Source: Nitrospira sp. (GTDB lineage: Bacteria; Nitrospirota; Nitrospiria; Nitrospirales; Nitrospiraceae). From it: 64,000 nucleotides of DNA. Under the pieces are notes generated by a model. It searched no databases and had not been told where the DNA came from. It was given only the letters and a program-made list of their open reading frames with translations. Below, piece after piece: positions 38,280 through 48,653 of this stretch (its first letter is position 1; the number at the start of each line of letters is the position of its first letter). The stretch spans positions 1,216,001-1,280,000 of the forward strand of contig AP038806.1 of the NCBI GenBank assembly GCA_047150005.1, read 5' to 3'. The translations under genes were made by a program, and so were the position numbers.

Positions 38280-39830
38280 ATGAAGGTTGTCACCGTCGCC
38301 CAGATGCAGGCGCTGGACCGCCGGACGATCGTCGAAGGCCGCATTCCAGGTATCGTGTTGATGGAACGCGCCGGCCAAGAGGTGGTGAAGCATCTGGAGG
38401 CACAATTCGGGTCTGGCCGTGCCAAGACAATCACGGTCGTCTGCGGAAAGGGAAACAACGGAGGGGACGGCCTGGTCGTCGCCCGGCTGCTGCACCGCCA
38501 TGGCGCCAAAGTCCATGCCCTGTTGCTGACGCCGGTTTCAGCGCTCACCCGTGATGCGGCCGTCATGTACCGACGGTTCATTCGGGCGGCCGGCAAGTCT
38601 TCGATCATTCCTTTTCGCGTCGAGGATCGAATCCGGAGTCTCCTGGCTGCCAGCGATCTGGTGATCGACGCCATCTTGGGCACCGGCCTGTCCACCGACG
38701 TGACAGGGACCTATCGAGAGGCCATCAACCTCTTGAACCAATGCGCTCGCACCGTGGTGGCCGTCGATATTCCCTCGGGAATCCACGCGGACAGCGGTTC
38801 AGCGCTCGGGGTGGCCGTGGACGCCTCCCTGACCGTCACCTTCGGCCTTCCCAAACTGGGCCTATACGTCGGCCAAGGGATCGATCATGCCGGAATCGTC
38901 CAGGTGGCCGATATCGGGATTCCTCCCTCCTTTGCCGCAGACATAGACAGTCACGTAACCCTGCTCGTCAAGGAAACCGTCCGGCAGAGTCTTCCTCGTC
39001 GGCGGGCCTCCTCGCACAAGGGTACTTTTGGTCATGCGGGCATCATCGCCGGCTCCGTGGGCAAGACCGGAGCCGCGGCGCTTGCCGCGCAGGCGGCGCT
39101 GCGGACTGGAGCAGGTTTGGTGACGGTTGCCGCACCGAGCAGCGTGAACGATGTGCTTGAGGCCAAGCTCCTTGAGGTCATGACGGTGCCGCTTCCGGAA
39201 ACCGAAGCGAGGACGCTCAGCCGGGACAGTCTTAACCTTCTCATCTCGTTCGTGCGATCGAAGACTGCAGTAGCCGTCGGCCCCGGCCTTTCGACTCAGA
39301 GCGAGACTGCCGAGTTGGTTCGGTCTCTCCTGAAACACCTGGACCTCCCCTCGGTCATGGATGCGGACGCACTCAGTTCGCTGGCTGGTCAGACCTCTCT
39401 CCTGGCGGATTGCACAGTCACTCCGATCCTCACTCCTCATCCAGGGGAAATGGCTCGGCTCGAATCAGGGGCGACCGCTCAGTCGATCAATGCCGATCGA
39501 ATCGGTACAGCCAGCCGATTTTCCCGCCAGGCGGGCGTGATTCTGGTCTTGAAAGGCGCCCGCTCCGTGATCGCTCGACCAGATGGGCTGGTCGCTATCT
39601 GTCCCACCGGAAATCCAGGAATGGCAACGGCAGGCACGGGCGATGTCCTGACTGGTATGACGGTCGGCCTCCTGGCGCAGGGACTGCCGCCATGGGAAGC
39701 CGCCTGCGCGGCGACATATATTCATGGGATGGCAGGCGATCTGGCCGCCCAGCGACTCGGGGAAGCGGGCATGCTGGCACGAGACGTGATTGAGCAGATT
39801 CCTTATGCCTTCCAAGCCATCTGTCTCTAA
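38280..39830 (+). CDS. nnr: Bifunctional NAD(P)H-hydrate epimerase/dehydratase
   Basis: GKGNNGGDG, DAILGTG, DIPSG, HKGTFG, LTPHPGE, ATAGTGDVL. Confidence 0.95.
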   Translation: MKVVTVAQMQALDRRTIVEGRIPGIVLMERAGQEVVKHLEAQFGSGRAKTITVVCGKGNNGGDGLVVARLLHRHGAKVHALLLTPVSALTRDAAVMYRRFIRAAGKSSIIPFRVEDRIRSLLAASDLVIDAILGTGLSTDVTGTYREAINLLNQCARTVVAVDIPSGIHADSGSALGVAVDASLTVTFGLPKLGLYVGQGIDHAGIVQVADIGIPPSFAADIDSHVTLLVKETVRQSLPRRRASSHKGTFGHAGIIAGSVGKTGAAALAAQAALRTGAGLVTVAAPSSVNDVLEAKLLEVMTVPLPETEARTLSRDSLNLLISFVRSKTAVAVGPGLSTQSETAELVRSLLKHLDLPSVMDADALSSLAGQTSLLADCTVTPILTPHPGEMARLESGATAQSINADRIGTASRFSRQAGVILVLKGARSVIARPDGLVAICPTGNPGMATAGTGDVLTGMTVGLLAQGLPPWEAACAATYIHGMAGDLAAQRLGEAGMLARDVIEQIPYAFQAICL

Positions 39831-39876
39831 CAGCAAGTCTGCCGGAGTGTCGCGACCCATCCGGCGACGTGCCGCC

Positions 39877-40398
39877 ATGGTGCGGTCGAAGTCGACGTGG
39901 GACATGACTTCTCGGTCGGCCGGCGAAACGGACCGGCTCGGTCAAGCCTTGGGTCACACGTTGCGCGGCGGAGAATTTTTTGCTCTTATCGGAACGTTGG
40001 GGGCGGGGAAAACAACGTTGATACGGGGAATTGCGAGGGGTTTGAATGCCTGTCCGTCGTCCGTGAGCAGCCCCACGTTCGTCCTTGCTCATGAGTATCG
40101 CGGGAGACTCCTCTTGGTGCATGCGGACCTGTACCGGATCCGGTCGCCTCAAGAACCCGAATCCATAGGACTGGCGGAGTATCTTTCAGGGTCTACCGTT
40201 GCTGCCGTCGAATGGGCGGACAGGTCGCCCAGCTGGTGGCCGGACGACCGCCTTGAAATTGAGTTGCGCCATCTGACCATTGGGAGTAGAACGATTCGAC
40301 TGGCGGCCCAAGGACCGGTTTCGACCGGACTGCTGGCGCGGGCAAAGAAGAGATTCTCCCAACTCGTAGCCGCCCGCAGGAAGGTATCGCCGGCATGA
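39877..40398 (+). CDS. tsaE: tRNA threonylcarbamoyladenosine ATPase TsaE
   Basis: GTLGAGKT, SSPTF, HADLYR, VEW. Confidence 0.93.
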   Translation: MVRSKSTWDMTSRSAGETDRLGQALGHTLRGGEFFALIGTLGAGKTTLIRGIARGLNACPSSVSSPTFVLAHEYRGRLLLVHADLYRIRSPQEPESIGLAEYLSGSTVAAVEWADRSPSWWPDDRLEIELRHLTIGSRTIRLAAQGPVSTGLLARAKKRFSQLVAARRKVSPA

Positions 40399-40724
40399 TT
40401 CGACTCATTCTCGTAGGAACCCTTTTCCTTTTGTGCTTGGCTTTCTTCCTGCAGAATCAGGAACAAGAAGTCACGCTTCGCTATTTTTTTGGGCTCTTTT
40501 CCGCTTCCACGCCGATTTATAAGCCGATTCTGGCCGGGTTCGCCGTCGGGCTGCTGGTTTCAGGAATCCTCTTGTTCCCGCCCTGGGTCCGGGGTCGCAT
40601 CGAACTCCGCCGGAAGACCAAGGCATTGCAGGAAGCGGAGGTAGACCTCGAACGGTTGCGGAACTCCTTGGAGAAGTTGACGGCGAAAACGTCGTCCACA
40701 GCGGCAGGAGACTCTTCACTTTGA
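40395..40724 (+). CDS. LapA/DUF1049-family small membrane protein
   Basis: F.LQN...V.L.YFF, two TM helices and a C-terminal coiled coil. Confidence 0.75.
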   Translation: MIRLILVGTLFLLCLAFFLQNQEQEVTLRYFFGLFSASTPIYKPILAGFAVGLLVSGILLFPPWVRGRIELRRKTKALQEAEVDLERLRNSLEKLTAKTSSTAAGDSSL

Positions 40725-40734
40725 GCGCAAACCG

Positions 40735-43383
40735 ATGAGTGACGCCGATGTCACGCCGCTCATGCGGCAATACCACGAGATCAAGCGCGGCTATCCCGGG
40801 GCGATTCTCTTTTTTCGCGTCGGCGACTTCTATGAAATGTTCGGTGAGGATGCTAAAGAAGCCTCCGTCCTGCTGAGCATTGCGCTCACCTCCCGCGACA
40901 AGTCCAGTTCAGACCCGATCCCGCTCTGCGGAGTACCTCATCACGCAGCGCAAACCTACATCGCCAAACTCTTGAAAGTCGGTCGCACGGTCGCCCTGTG
41001 CGAACAAGTCGAAGACCCGCGATTGGCCAAAGGACTGGTCCGCCGCGAGGTCGTGCGCCTGTACACCCCCGGCACCCTCGTCGATACGGAATTTCTTCCG
41101 GCTGGCGAATCCAGCTTCCTGGCAGCCGTCTTTTGCTCGCCGCAGAGCGGAACGAAGAATGGACCGTCCATCGGCCTGGCCAATCTCGATGTGTCGACTG
41201 GCGAGTTTTGGGTGACGGAATTTCAGGGTGATCATGGGACCGTCGAATCCATCTTGATCGATGAGCTGGTGAGAATTGAACCGAAAGAATTACTCTACCC
41301 CGAATCGAATCAGTCTCTCGTGCCGCTATTGTCCCGTCTCAACGATACAAGGTTATGCGCCCAACCCCGCGCTGCCTTTTCCGAGCAGGAGGCGACGACA
41401 CTTTTACAGGCCCACTTCGGCGTACACTCGCTCGACGGATTCGGCTGCAGCGGCCTCACGGTCGGTCTCGCAGCTTCCGGCGCCGTGTGGCGATATTTCC
41501 GAGAGACCCAGCCAATGGCTTCTCTCGCTCATATCCGACGCCTGCAACGGCGATGGCACAAAGAGTCCATGCATTTGGACGAAACCACGATCCGCAATCT
41601 TGAACTCGTCCGCTCGCTGACCGGAGGAGAGGGGCGGACAGGCTCCCGCCAGGCGACGGTGCTGTCGACGCTGGACCGGACATCCACGTCCATGGGCAGT
41701 CGGCTGTTGAGAGAATGGCTGGTTCGTCCGCTTCTCGATCGCCAAACCATCCAAGCCCGTTTGGACGCAGTCGGTGAATTGAAGCGCTGTCTCTCTCAGC
41801 GGGTTGCGCTCAGATCGGCCCTGCGGACGGTCCAGGACCTGGCCCGTTTGAGTAGCCGCATCACACTGGGTCTGGCCGGGCCTCAGGAATGCCTTGCGCT
41901 GAAGCACTCGCTTCGTGCCCTTCCCGAGCTGCGATCCAATCTTGATGCGTTCACAACGAGCCTGCTCGTGGATATCCGAAACAACTGGGACGATTGTCGA
42001 GACGTTCATGATGTGATCGAGCGCGCGATCGCTCCCGACGCTCCAATGTCCGCTCGAGACGGCAGCGTGATCCGTGAAGGGTTTCACCCTCACGTCGATG
42101 CGCTCAAGAAACGGAGACACGAGGGGAAAGACTGGATCACCGCCTTGGAAAGCCGGGAACGCGCGCGAACCGGCATTGACTCCCTGAAGGTCCGGTTCAA
42201 CCAGGTATTCGGTTATTACATTGAAGTGACGAAGGCCAACCTTTCGAAGGTGCCGGCCGACTACATCAGAAAGCAGACCCTGGCCAATGCCGAACGCTAC
42301 ATGACCCCGGAGTTGAAAGACTTGGAGGAACAGGTCACAGGAGCGGAATCACAGCTTCATGCGTTGGAGGAAGAGCTGTTTGTGCAAGTGAGGGAACAGA
42401 TCGCCAAGGAACTCCCGCGTTTACAATCGATGGCTCAAGCCCTGTCTCGCCTCGACGTGCTTGCAGGATTAGCGGAAACCGCCGCTTTGCACCGGTACGT
42501 CCAACCGACCATCGATGACGCCGACGAAATCAGGATTGTGGAGGGTCGCCATCCCGTCGTCGAGCAGTTGAGCACGGACCTACCGTTTGTTCCGAACGAT
42601 ACCCTTCTCGACGGCGAATCCCATCGGGTCATTCTTCTTACCGGCCCCAACATGGCAGGAAAGAGCACGTATTTGCGCCAGGTCGCTCTCATCGTCCTAC
42701 TCGCCCAGATCGGCAGTTTCGTGCCGGCCGCAGAAGCCCGCATCGGGTTGGTCGATCGTATCTTTACCCGTGTCGGGGCCTCGGACAACCTGGCTGCAGG
42801 CCAGAGCACGTTCATGGTCGAAATGATCGAGAGCGCGCAGATCCTCAATTCCGCCACTCAAAAGAGTTTAATCCTGCTCGACGAGATCGGGCGGGGCACC
42901 AGCACCTATGACGGACTGAGCATCGCCTGGGCCATGACAGAATATATCCATGACCGCCGATTCCTAGGGGCCCGAACCCTCTTTGCAACGCATTATCATG
43001 AGATGACTCAGATGGAAACCCTCCGGGAAGGTATCCGCAATTATCGGGTGGCAGTTCAGGAGCGGAACGGAGACATCTTGTTTCTCCGGAAGATCCAGCC
43101 GGGCGGGGCCGATAAGAGTTATGGCATCCATGTCGCCAAGCTGGCCGGACTTCCCGCCTCTGTCATTACTCGTGCACAGGAAGTGTTGACGAAATTAGAA
43201 GAACCCGGCTCTCGGACAGAGGGAGTTCAAATGAATGGGAGGCAGTCCGAAATCGCCACATCGGATCCCCAGCCACATCCGCTCATCGAAGAGGTCAGAC
43301 AGATCGATCTCTTCTCGTTGACCCCGCTTGATGCGTTGAATCGCCTCGCCGATCTCCAAAAACGCGCAACCGATTCCCGCTAA
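40735..43383 (+). CDS. mutS: DNA mismatch repair protein MutS
   Basis: TPLMRQY, GDFYE, GPNMAGKST, STFMVEM, DEIGRGTST, SYGIHVA. Confidence 0.98.
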   Translation: MSDADVTPLMRQYHEIKRGYPGAILFFRVGDFYEMFGEDAKEASVLLSIALTSRDKSSSDPIPLCGVPHHAAQTYIAKLLKVGRTVALCEQVEDPRLAKGLVRREVVRLYTPGTLVDTEFLPAGESSFLAAVFCSPQSGTKNGPSIGLANLDVSTGEFWVTEFQGDHGTVESILIDELVRIEPKELLYPESNQSLVPLLSRLNDTRLCAQPRAAFSEQEATTLLQAHFGVHSLDGFGCSGLTVGLAASGAVWRYFRETQPMASLAHIRRLQRRWHKESMHLDETTIRNLELVRSLTGGEGRTGSRQATVLSTLDRTSTSMGSRLLREWLVRPLLDRQTIQARLDAVGELKRCLSQRVALRSALRTVQDLARLSSRITLGLAGPQECLALKHSLRALPELRSNLDAFTTSLLVDIRNNWDDCRDVHDVIERAIAPDAPMSARDGSVIREGFHPHVDALKKRRHEGKDWITALESRERARTGIDSLKVRFNQVFGYYIEVTKANLSKVPADYIRKQTLANAERYMTPELKDLEEQVTGAESQLHALEEELFVQVREQIAKELPRLQSMAQALSRLDVLAGLAETAALHRYVQPTIDDADEIRIVEGRHPVVEQLSTDLPFVPNDTLLDGESHRVILLTGPNMAGKSTYLRQVALIVLLAQIGSFVPAAEARIGLVDRIFTRVGASDNLAAGQSTFMVEMIESAQILNSATQKSLILLDEIGRGTSTYDGLSIAWAMTEYIHDRRFLGARTLFATHYHEMTQMETLREGIRNYRVAVQERNGDILFLRKIQPGGADKSYGIHVAKLAGLPASVITRAQEVLTKLEEPGSRTEGVQMNGRQSEIATSDPQPHPLIEEVRQIDLFSLTPLDALNRLADLQKRATDSR

Positions 43384-43399
43384 CACTATCACCCAAAGC

Positions 43400-43439
43400 A
43401 AGAGGGCGGTAGTTCCTTTCCGGAACTACCGCCCTCTTT
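43400..43439. terminator. Bidirectional intrinsic terminator
   Basis: AGAGGGCGGTAGTTCC-TTTCC-GGAACTACCGCCCTCT perfect stem between convergent genes. Confidence 0.88.
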
Positions 43440-43459
43440 AGTCAACCAAAACCAATTGC

Positions 43460-44140
43460 TTAGTGGCCGCTACCTCCACCACCAGGCAGATTATACTTGG
43501 CCGTCCACGGAATCAAACCACCCACCGGCTTGCCACCGGGCAGCAATACATCGTATTGCATGGGCAACGTGGCCCCATCCGGGGTCTTCGGTGAGGTATT
43601 CAATCCCTGCTTGGCTGCATAGCAAGACGCGTCCATTTCGTTCTTCCCGACACAATCCTTCAAGCGGAGCGCCGAAATGCTGACCGGCTTCCCCGGTGCG
43701 CCGGCGGTTTCCGGGAGCTTCTTGACCGCGGAAATCACGCGATGGTTCTGTTCGGTCTCGGTGACTGTAAACTCGATCAGATCCGTCGTGCTACCAGGCG
43801 GCACTTCCTTGGCGGCAGCAGGACCGGCATGAGGCCTCCCCATCTTCTTGAGTTCTTCCCAGGCACCCTTGTCCGCATAGAACTTGAGATTCTTGCCCGG
43901 ATGAATCTTCTGCCAGAACAAACCGCTCTCCGCATTGCCTCCGAACACAGCCACATTGATCCAGACCGCTTCGTCGTAGGGATCGAGGATGATCACTCGA
44001 CCTTGGAGCGTGGTAGGCTTGCTCATATCTCCCCACTCGAACCGCTCTTGGAAGGACTCAATGGCCAAGGCGGCTGAGGCCATTGAGACCACCAATGCAA
44101 CTGCAGCCATGATGGCCCAGCCTTTCGTATGAAACTTCAT
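43460..44140 (-). CDS. Secreted hypothetical protein
   Basis: Signal peptide (..SAALA|IE), GGAGG RBS, one Cys pair; no family recognised. Confidence 0.8.
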   Translation of the reverse strand: MKFHTKGWAIMAAVALVVSMASAALAIESFQERFEWGDMSKPTTLQGRVIILDPYDEAVWINVAVFGGNAESGLFWQKIHPGKNLKFYADKGAWEELKKMGRPHAGPAAAKEVPPGSTTDLIEFTVTETEQNHRVISAVKKLPETAGAPGKPVSISALRLKDCVGKNEMDASCYAAKQGLNTSPKTPDGATLPMQYDVLLPGGKPVGGLIPWTAKYNLPGGGGSGH

Positions 44141-44206
44141 AATCGCGTCCTCCTTCAACAGCATGAAAGAATGAAGTCTTGTCGAAGTCGATTATTCAAT
44201 GATCCG

Positions 44207-44728
44207 TTAGTCACCCTTGATGACTTTGAAGCCAGTGATCGTCCGGCCATCCAAGCTGACTTCCATTGCCACAAGTTCCTGGGAAGCCTTGATGATCTGA
44301 TCCATCAACGCCTTGTCCTTCACCGCAAGACGAACGGTGGTGGCAGCATGGTACCAACCGGCATAGGGATTATTCCGCTCGGTTCCACCCACGAAGCCCC
44401 AAGCACAGCAGACGAACAGTGGGTCCGGCGGCTTCACGTCGAGATCCGTGGACGAACGACCTGCTGGCGTACCGGAAGCCGGTTCACCGGTATTCCAATA
44501 CTGAATGCCGAACAGCAGTTCTCCATCTGGATTATCTGCCCACTGCGACCAGACCCGACCCTTGAGGGTCTTTGTCGCTTCCCCAGACTTCATGGGCTTC
44601 CCTCCGACGATATTATCGGTCGGACCAGTCGGTCCACCAGGGGCATCGGCGGCAGCAGCAAATTCAGCCGTCAGCAAGCCGAGCACAGAGCACACTGCAA
44701 CTGCGGCTAGAAGTACGACCCTTTTCAT
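44207..44728 (-). CDS. Secreted hypothetical protein with a vicinal Cys pair
   Basis: Signal peptide (..FAAA|AD), AAGGAGG RBS, FVCCAWG motif. Confidence 0.8.
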   Translation of the reverse strand: MKRVVLLAAVAVCSVLGLLTAEFAAAADAPGGPTGPTDNIVGGKPMKSGEATKTLKGRVWSQWADNPDGELLFGIQYWNTGEPASGTPAGRSSTDLDVKPPDPLFVCCAWGFVGGTERNNPYAGWYHAATTVRLAVKDKALMDQIIKASQELVAMEVSLDGRTITGFKVIKGD

Positions 44729-44911
44729 ACCCAATCCCTCCTTCATAAAAGTACAACTACAAGACTGATGAACGCTTGAGTTTAGAGTACGATATAAATG
44801 GAACTGAAATTGAGAACCACGCGTTCACGAGAGCAGGTTCGAGAGCCACCTCCTTTGCTTTCCCCCGTGGTGCATTTGCTTCAATTCTGCATGACGTATT
44901 AAGCGGGGCTC

Positions 44912-44940
44912 ATGGTACTGAAAACACACAATGGAGTCAA
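44912..44940 (-). promoter_or_regulatory. sigma70 promoter for the two secreted hypotheticals
   Basis: Minus strand TTGACT-N17-TACCAT with an AT-rich upstream region. Confidence 0.6.
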
Positions 44941-45073
44941 GGAAATGTTATCCGCTACGGACAATGGAGGGAACACACAAAAAGTTTCATTGAAAACAAA
45001 TACTTATGTAGACACATCGCCGGTGTTGAACCACTCATTTTTCACGAAGGAACCGAGATCTATTAGAGAGTTC

Positions 45074-46333
45074 TCATCTGTATGCCTGAAGCGCGCGCGG
45101 CGAAATCGGGCCCAGGCCGGTGATCGACAGCCGATCAAATCCAAACAGCTCCTGACAGACTCTATGGACATGTTCCGGTTTGACCCGATCAATTTGGCGC
45201 AGGATTTCTTCAAGCGAGATGCGTGCACCATGGATCAATTCATCCTTCGCCAATTTACTCATGCGGCTGTGGGAACTCTCCAGACTAAGCATGAGACTGC
45301 CCTTCATCTGATTCTTTGCTCGTTCCAGTTCGTGCTTCTCGACGCCTTTGTTTCTCAGACGTCTGATCTCACGACAAATCACATCGACGACACGAGTCGC
45401 CTCTTTGGCCCTGGTACCGGCGTACACCGTGATTGTGCCGCCATCGGAATAACCGGAGAGAAATGAATAGATCGAATAGGCCAGCCCTCGCTTCTCCCGC
45501 ACTTCCTGAAAGAGTCTGGAGCTCACACTACCTCCTAAAATGCTGTTGAGCGCATATGCGGCATACCGATCCTGGTGTCCGGCCGCCACGCCGTTCAACC
45601 CCAGGCAAAGATGAACCTGCTCGAGCTTCTTCTGCCTAACCAGTACGCCGCCCTTGACCTCCGGCGGCCGCCGAACCGGATACGTCGCCGCCGAGATGGC
45701 ACCTGTGCGCGCAAAGCGGAAATAGCGCGAAACGAGTTTCTCCAGCGAACGCTGCTCGAAATTCCCGGCGATCGCGATGACGATCTGAACAGGATCGTAG
45801 CGGGCTCCGATATACGCCAGGATGTGCTCGCGCTTGAGTTGTCTGATGGTTTCTTCTCGACCCAGAATCGACCGCCCTAACGGGTGATGCCCGAGAATCT
45901 GCATCATGTGCAGTTCTTGAACATAGTCTTCGGGATCATCCTGGACCATGCGGATCTCCTCGAGGACGACCTGTTTTTCTTTCTCAACCTCCTTGGCGTC
46001 GAACTGCGAGCGATAAAACAAGTCGGAGAGGAGCTGGAACGCACGCTCCAGCTGTTGATCCAGAACCTTCACGTAGAAGGTCGTCGTCTCGCGGGTCGTG
46101 AACGCGTTCATTTCGCCGCCCAGACCGTCAATTTCACGCGAAATCTCGGCGGCGGAACGCGAACGCGTCCCCTTGAAGAACATGTGCTCGATGAAGTGAG
46201 AGTACCCGGCTTGCGACGGCTGTTCGTCACGGGATCCGGTGTTGACCCAGATCCCGACCGTGACCGATTTGAGCGTCGAGATCCGCTCGGTCACCACCCG
46301 CATGCCGTTGTCGAGGACGAGCTTGCGGTACAA
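45074..46333 (-). CDS. M16-family (pitrilysin-like) zinc peptidase
   Basis: Inverted zinc motif HFIEH, NAFT, SSRLFQEVREKRGLAY; follows pnp. Confidence 0.93.
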   Translation of the reverse strand: MYRKLVLDNGMRVVTERISTLKSVTVGIWVNTGSRDEQPSQAGYSHFIEHMFFKGTRSRSAAEISREIDGLGGEMNAFTTRETTTFYVKVLDQQLERAFQLLSDLFYRSQFDAKEVEKEKQVVLEEIRMVQDDPEDYVQELHMMQILGHHPLGRSILGREETIRQLKREHILAYIGARYDPVQIVIAIAGNFEQRSLEKLVSRYFRFARTGAISAATYPVRRPPEVKGGVLVRQKKLEQVHLCLGLNGVAAGHQDRYAAYALNSILGGSVSSRLFQEVREKRGLAYSIYSFLSGYSDGGTITVYAGTRAKEATRVVDVICREIRRLRNKGVEKHELERAKNQMKGSLMLSLESSHSRMSKLAKDELIHGARISLEEILRQIDRVKPEHVHRVCQELFGFDRLSITGLGPISPRALQAYR

Positions 46334-46338
46334 CGTGC

Positions 46339-48459
46339 TTACCCGGCAGATTGATCCTTCGCTCCCGCTCCGGTCGGAGCCGGCATGGTTTCTTTGCGAC
46401 TGAGACGGATCTTCCCTTGGCGATCGACTTCCAAGACTTTGACGAGGATTTGATCGCCCTCGGCTACTTCATCAGCCACGGATTTCACCCGATGATGCGC
46501 GAGCTGTGAAATATGAACCAAGCCGTCCGTCCCGGGAAGCACCTCGACGAACGCTCCGAAGTCCATGATCTTTCGAACGGTCCCCAAGTAGGTCTTGCCG
46601 ACCTCCACCTCTTCGACGATCCGACCGATTAGTTCCTTTGCCTTCTCCAATGATGCCTCATCGACGGACGCAATCGTGACCACGCCGGTATCCTCAATGT
46701 TGATCTTGACTCCACAATCGGCTTGGATGCCGCGGATGGTCTTCCCGCCCGGGCCGATGACTTCCCGAATCTTGTCCTGCTTCACTTTCATCGTGAAGAT
46801 GCGCGGGGCAAACGCGGACATATTCTGTCGCGGCGCTCCGATCGCCTTCAGCATGCAGTTCAGGATATGCAACCGTCCCGTCTTGGCCTGCTCCAATGCC
46901 TGGTGCATCAAGGCCGGTGTAATACCGCCGATCTTGATGTCCATCTGAAGCGCGGTCACGCCGTGCCTGGTACCGCACACCTTGAAATCCATATCGCCCA
47001 GATGATCTTCCAGACCGAGAATGTCGGACAGGATCATCACACGATCGTCTTCCTTGATGAGTCCCATGGCGATACCGGCCACCGGCTCCTTGATCGGTAC
47101 CCCGGCGTCCATCATGCCGAGCGTGCCGCCGCATACGGTCGCCATAGAGGAGGATCCGTTCGATTCAAGAATGTCGGAGACAATACGCAAGGTATAGGGG
47201 AACACGTCTTTGCCGGGGATGACCGGCTTGAGAGCCCTTTCAGCGAGCGCTCCATGACCGACTTCCCGCCGGCCTGGCGATCGCAACGGCCTCGCCTCCC
47301 CGACGCTGAATGGCGGGAAATTGTAATGGAGCATGAATGTCCTGGTATATTCGCCCTCGAGCGCGTCAATGCGCTGTTCATCGTCCGTTGTGCCCAGCGT
47401 GATGACGGCGAGGCTTTGAGTCTCGCCTCTGGTAAACAGCGCCGACCCATGGGTACGGGGCAATACCCCCACTTCACATGTGATCGGGCGGATATCGCTG
47501 GGGCCGCGGCCATCGGCTCTTGACCCCTTCTCGAGGATCATGTTCCGCACTTCCGTGTACTCCAATCCGTGAAACACGATCTTCACGTGTCGTTCGCGAT
47601 TGGGGTCATCCGGATTTTTCAGTTTCTCGATCGCGTCCTTGAGGATGAGATCCAACCGTTCCTGCCGCGCCGTCTTGTTTGGGATCATGATCGCGTCTCG
47701 AATTCCCTGCGCGACCAACGCCTTGACCTGTCCCGCGAGACCCGGATCGATCGTCTCCGTCACCACGGGGCGCTTCGGCTTGTCACCCGACAGCACCCGA
47801 AGCTCGTTGATCTTCGCCACGATTTTCTTGATCTCCGCATGGGCCAGTTCGATCGCCGCCAACATCGTCGTTTCCGGCAATTCATTGGCCCCGGCTTCGA
47901 CCATCATCACGGCCTCGGCCGTCCCCGCGACGACCAGATGCAATTCGCTTTGCTCGAGTGTTTCCAGATCGGGATTGACTACAAACTGCCCGTTGACACG
48001 ACCGATTTTGACGCCGGCGACCGGGCCGAGGAAGGGGATGTTGGACACAGCCAATGCAGCGGAAGCGGCCGTAATGCCGATGACATCGGATGAGCCGGTC
48101 TTGTCCGCCGACAACACCGAGGCGATGACCTGGGTCTCAAAATAATACCCCTCCGGAAACAGCGGACGTAGCGGCCGATCGATCAATCGGCTCGTCAGAA
48201 CCTCCTTCTCCGACGGCCGCCCTTCACGCTTGAAATAGCCTCCGGGGATCTTCCCGGCTGCATAGGCCTTCTCCTGATAGTCGACGGTGAGGGGGAGAAA
48301 ATCCACGCCCGGCTTGGCGTTCTGCGAAGCAACCGCCGTGGCCAACACCACGGTGTCTCCGTACGACGCCCAGATCGAGCCATCAGCCTGCTTGGCGACC
48401 CGTCCGGTTTCGAGCCGCAATGTCCTACCGGCAATGTCGAGTTCGACTGCATGTACCAT
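46339..48459 (-). CDS. pnp: Polyribonucleotide nucleotidyltransferase
   Basis: Two RNase PH domains, ESNGSSS, GDMDFK, KH and S1 domains. Confidence 0.98.
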   Translation of the reverse strand: MVHAVELDIAGRTLRLETGRVAKQADGSIWASYGDTVVLATAVASQNAKPGVDFLPLTVDYQEKAYAAGKIPGGYFKREGRPSEKEVLTSRLIDRPLRPLFPEGYYFETQVIASVLSADKTGSSDVIGITAASAALAVSNIPFLGPVAGVKIGRVNGQFVVNPDLETLEQSELHLVVAGTAEAVMMVEAGANELPETTMLAAIELAHAEIKKIVAKINELRVLSGDKPKRPVVTETIDPGLAGQVKALVAQGIRDAIMIPNKTARQERLDLILKDAIEKLKNPDDPNRERHVKIVFHGLEYTEVRNMILEKGSRADGRGPSDIRPITCEVGVLPRTHGSALFTRGETQSLAVITLGTTDDEQRIDALEGEYTRTFMLHYNFPPFSVGEARPLRSPGRREVGHGALAERALKPVIPGKDVFPYTLRIVSDILESNGSSSMATVCGGTLGMMDAGVPIKEPVAGIAMGLIKEDDRVMILSDILGLEDHLGDMDFKVCGTRHGVTALQMDIKIGGITPALMHQALEQAKTGRLHILNCMLKAIGAPRQNMSAFAPRIFTMKVKQDKIREVIGPGGKTIRGIQADCGVKINIEDTGVVTIASVDEASLEKAKELIGRIVEEVEVGKTYLGTVRKIMDFGAFVEVLPGTDGLVHISQLAHHRVKSVADEVAEGDQILVKVLEVDRQGKIRLSRKETMPAPTGAGAKDQSAG

Positions 48460-48501
48460 CTATGGTCTCCTTATGGTTGTGCCCCACAGATGCCCACAGA
48501 G

Positions 48502-48609
48502 ATGGACTCCGAATCGACGAGGAATGTTCGAAGACGCAAGATCAAGGTGAGTAGCGTTGCAACTCGCCCATTGCGCAAGCACTTCGAACACCGTCCGAGC
48601 CGAGCCCAT
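48502..48609 (-). promoter_or_regulatory. Long hairpin in the pnp leader (candidate RNase III site)
   Basis: Nested arms TGTTCGAAG/CTTCGAACA, CGCAA/TTGCG and GGTGAGT/ACTCGCC. Confidence 0.55.
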
Positions 48610-48653
48610 GTCAGTGTTCACCTGTGCGACTGGTCTGAAGCTGGTGCGCGCGA

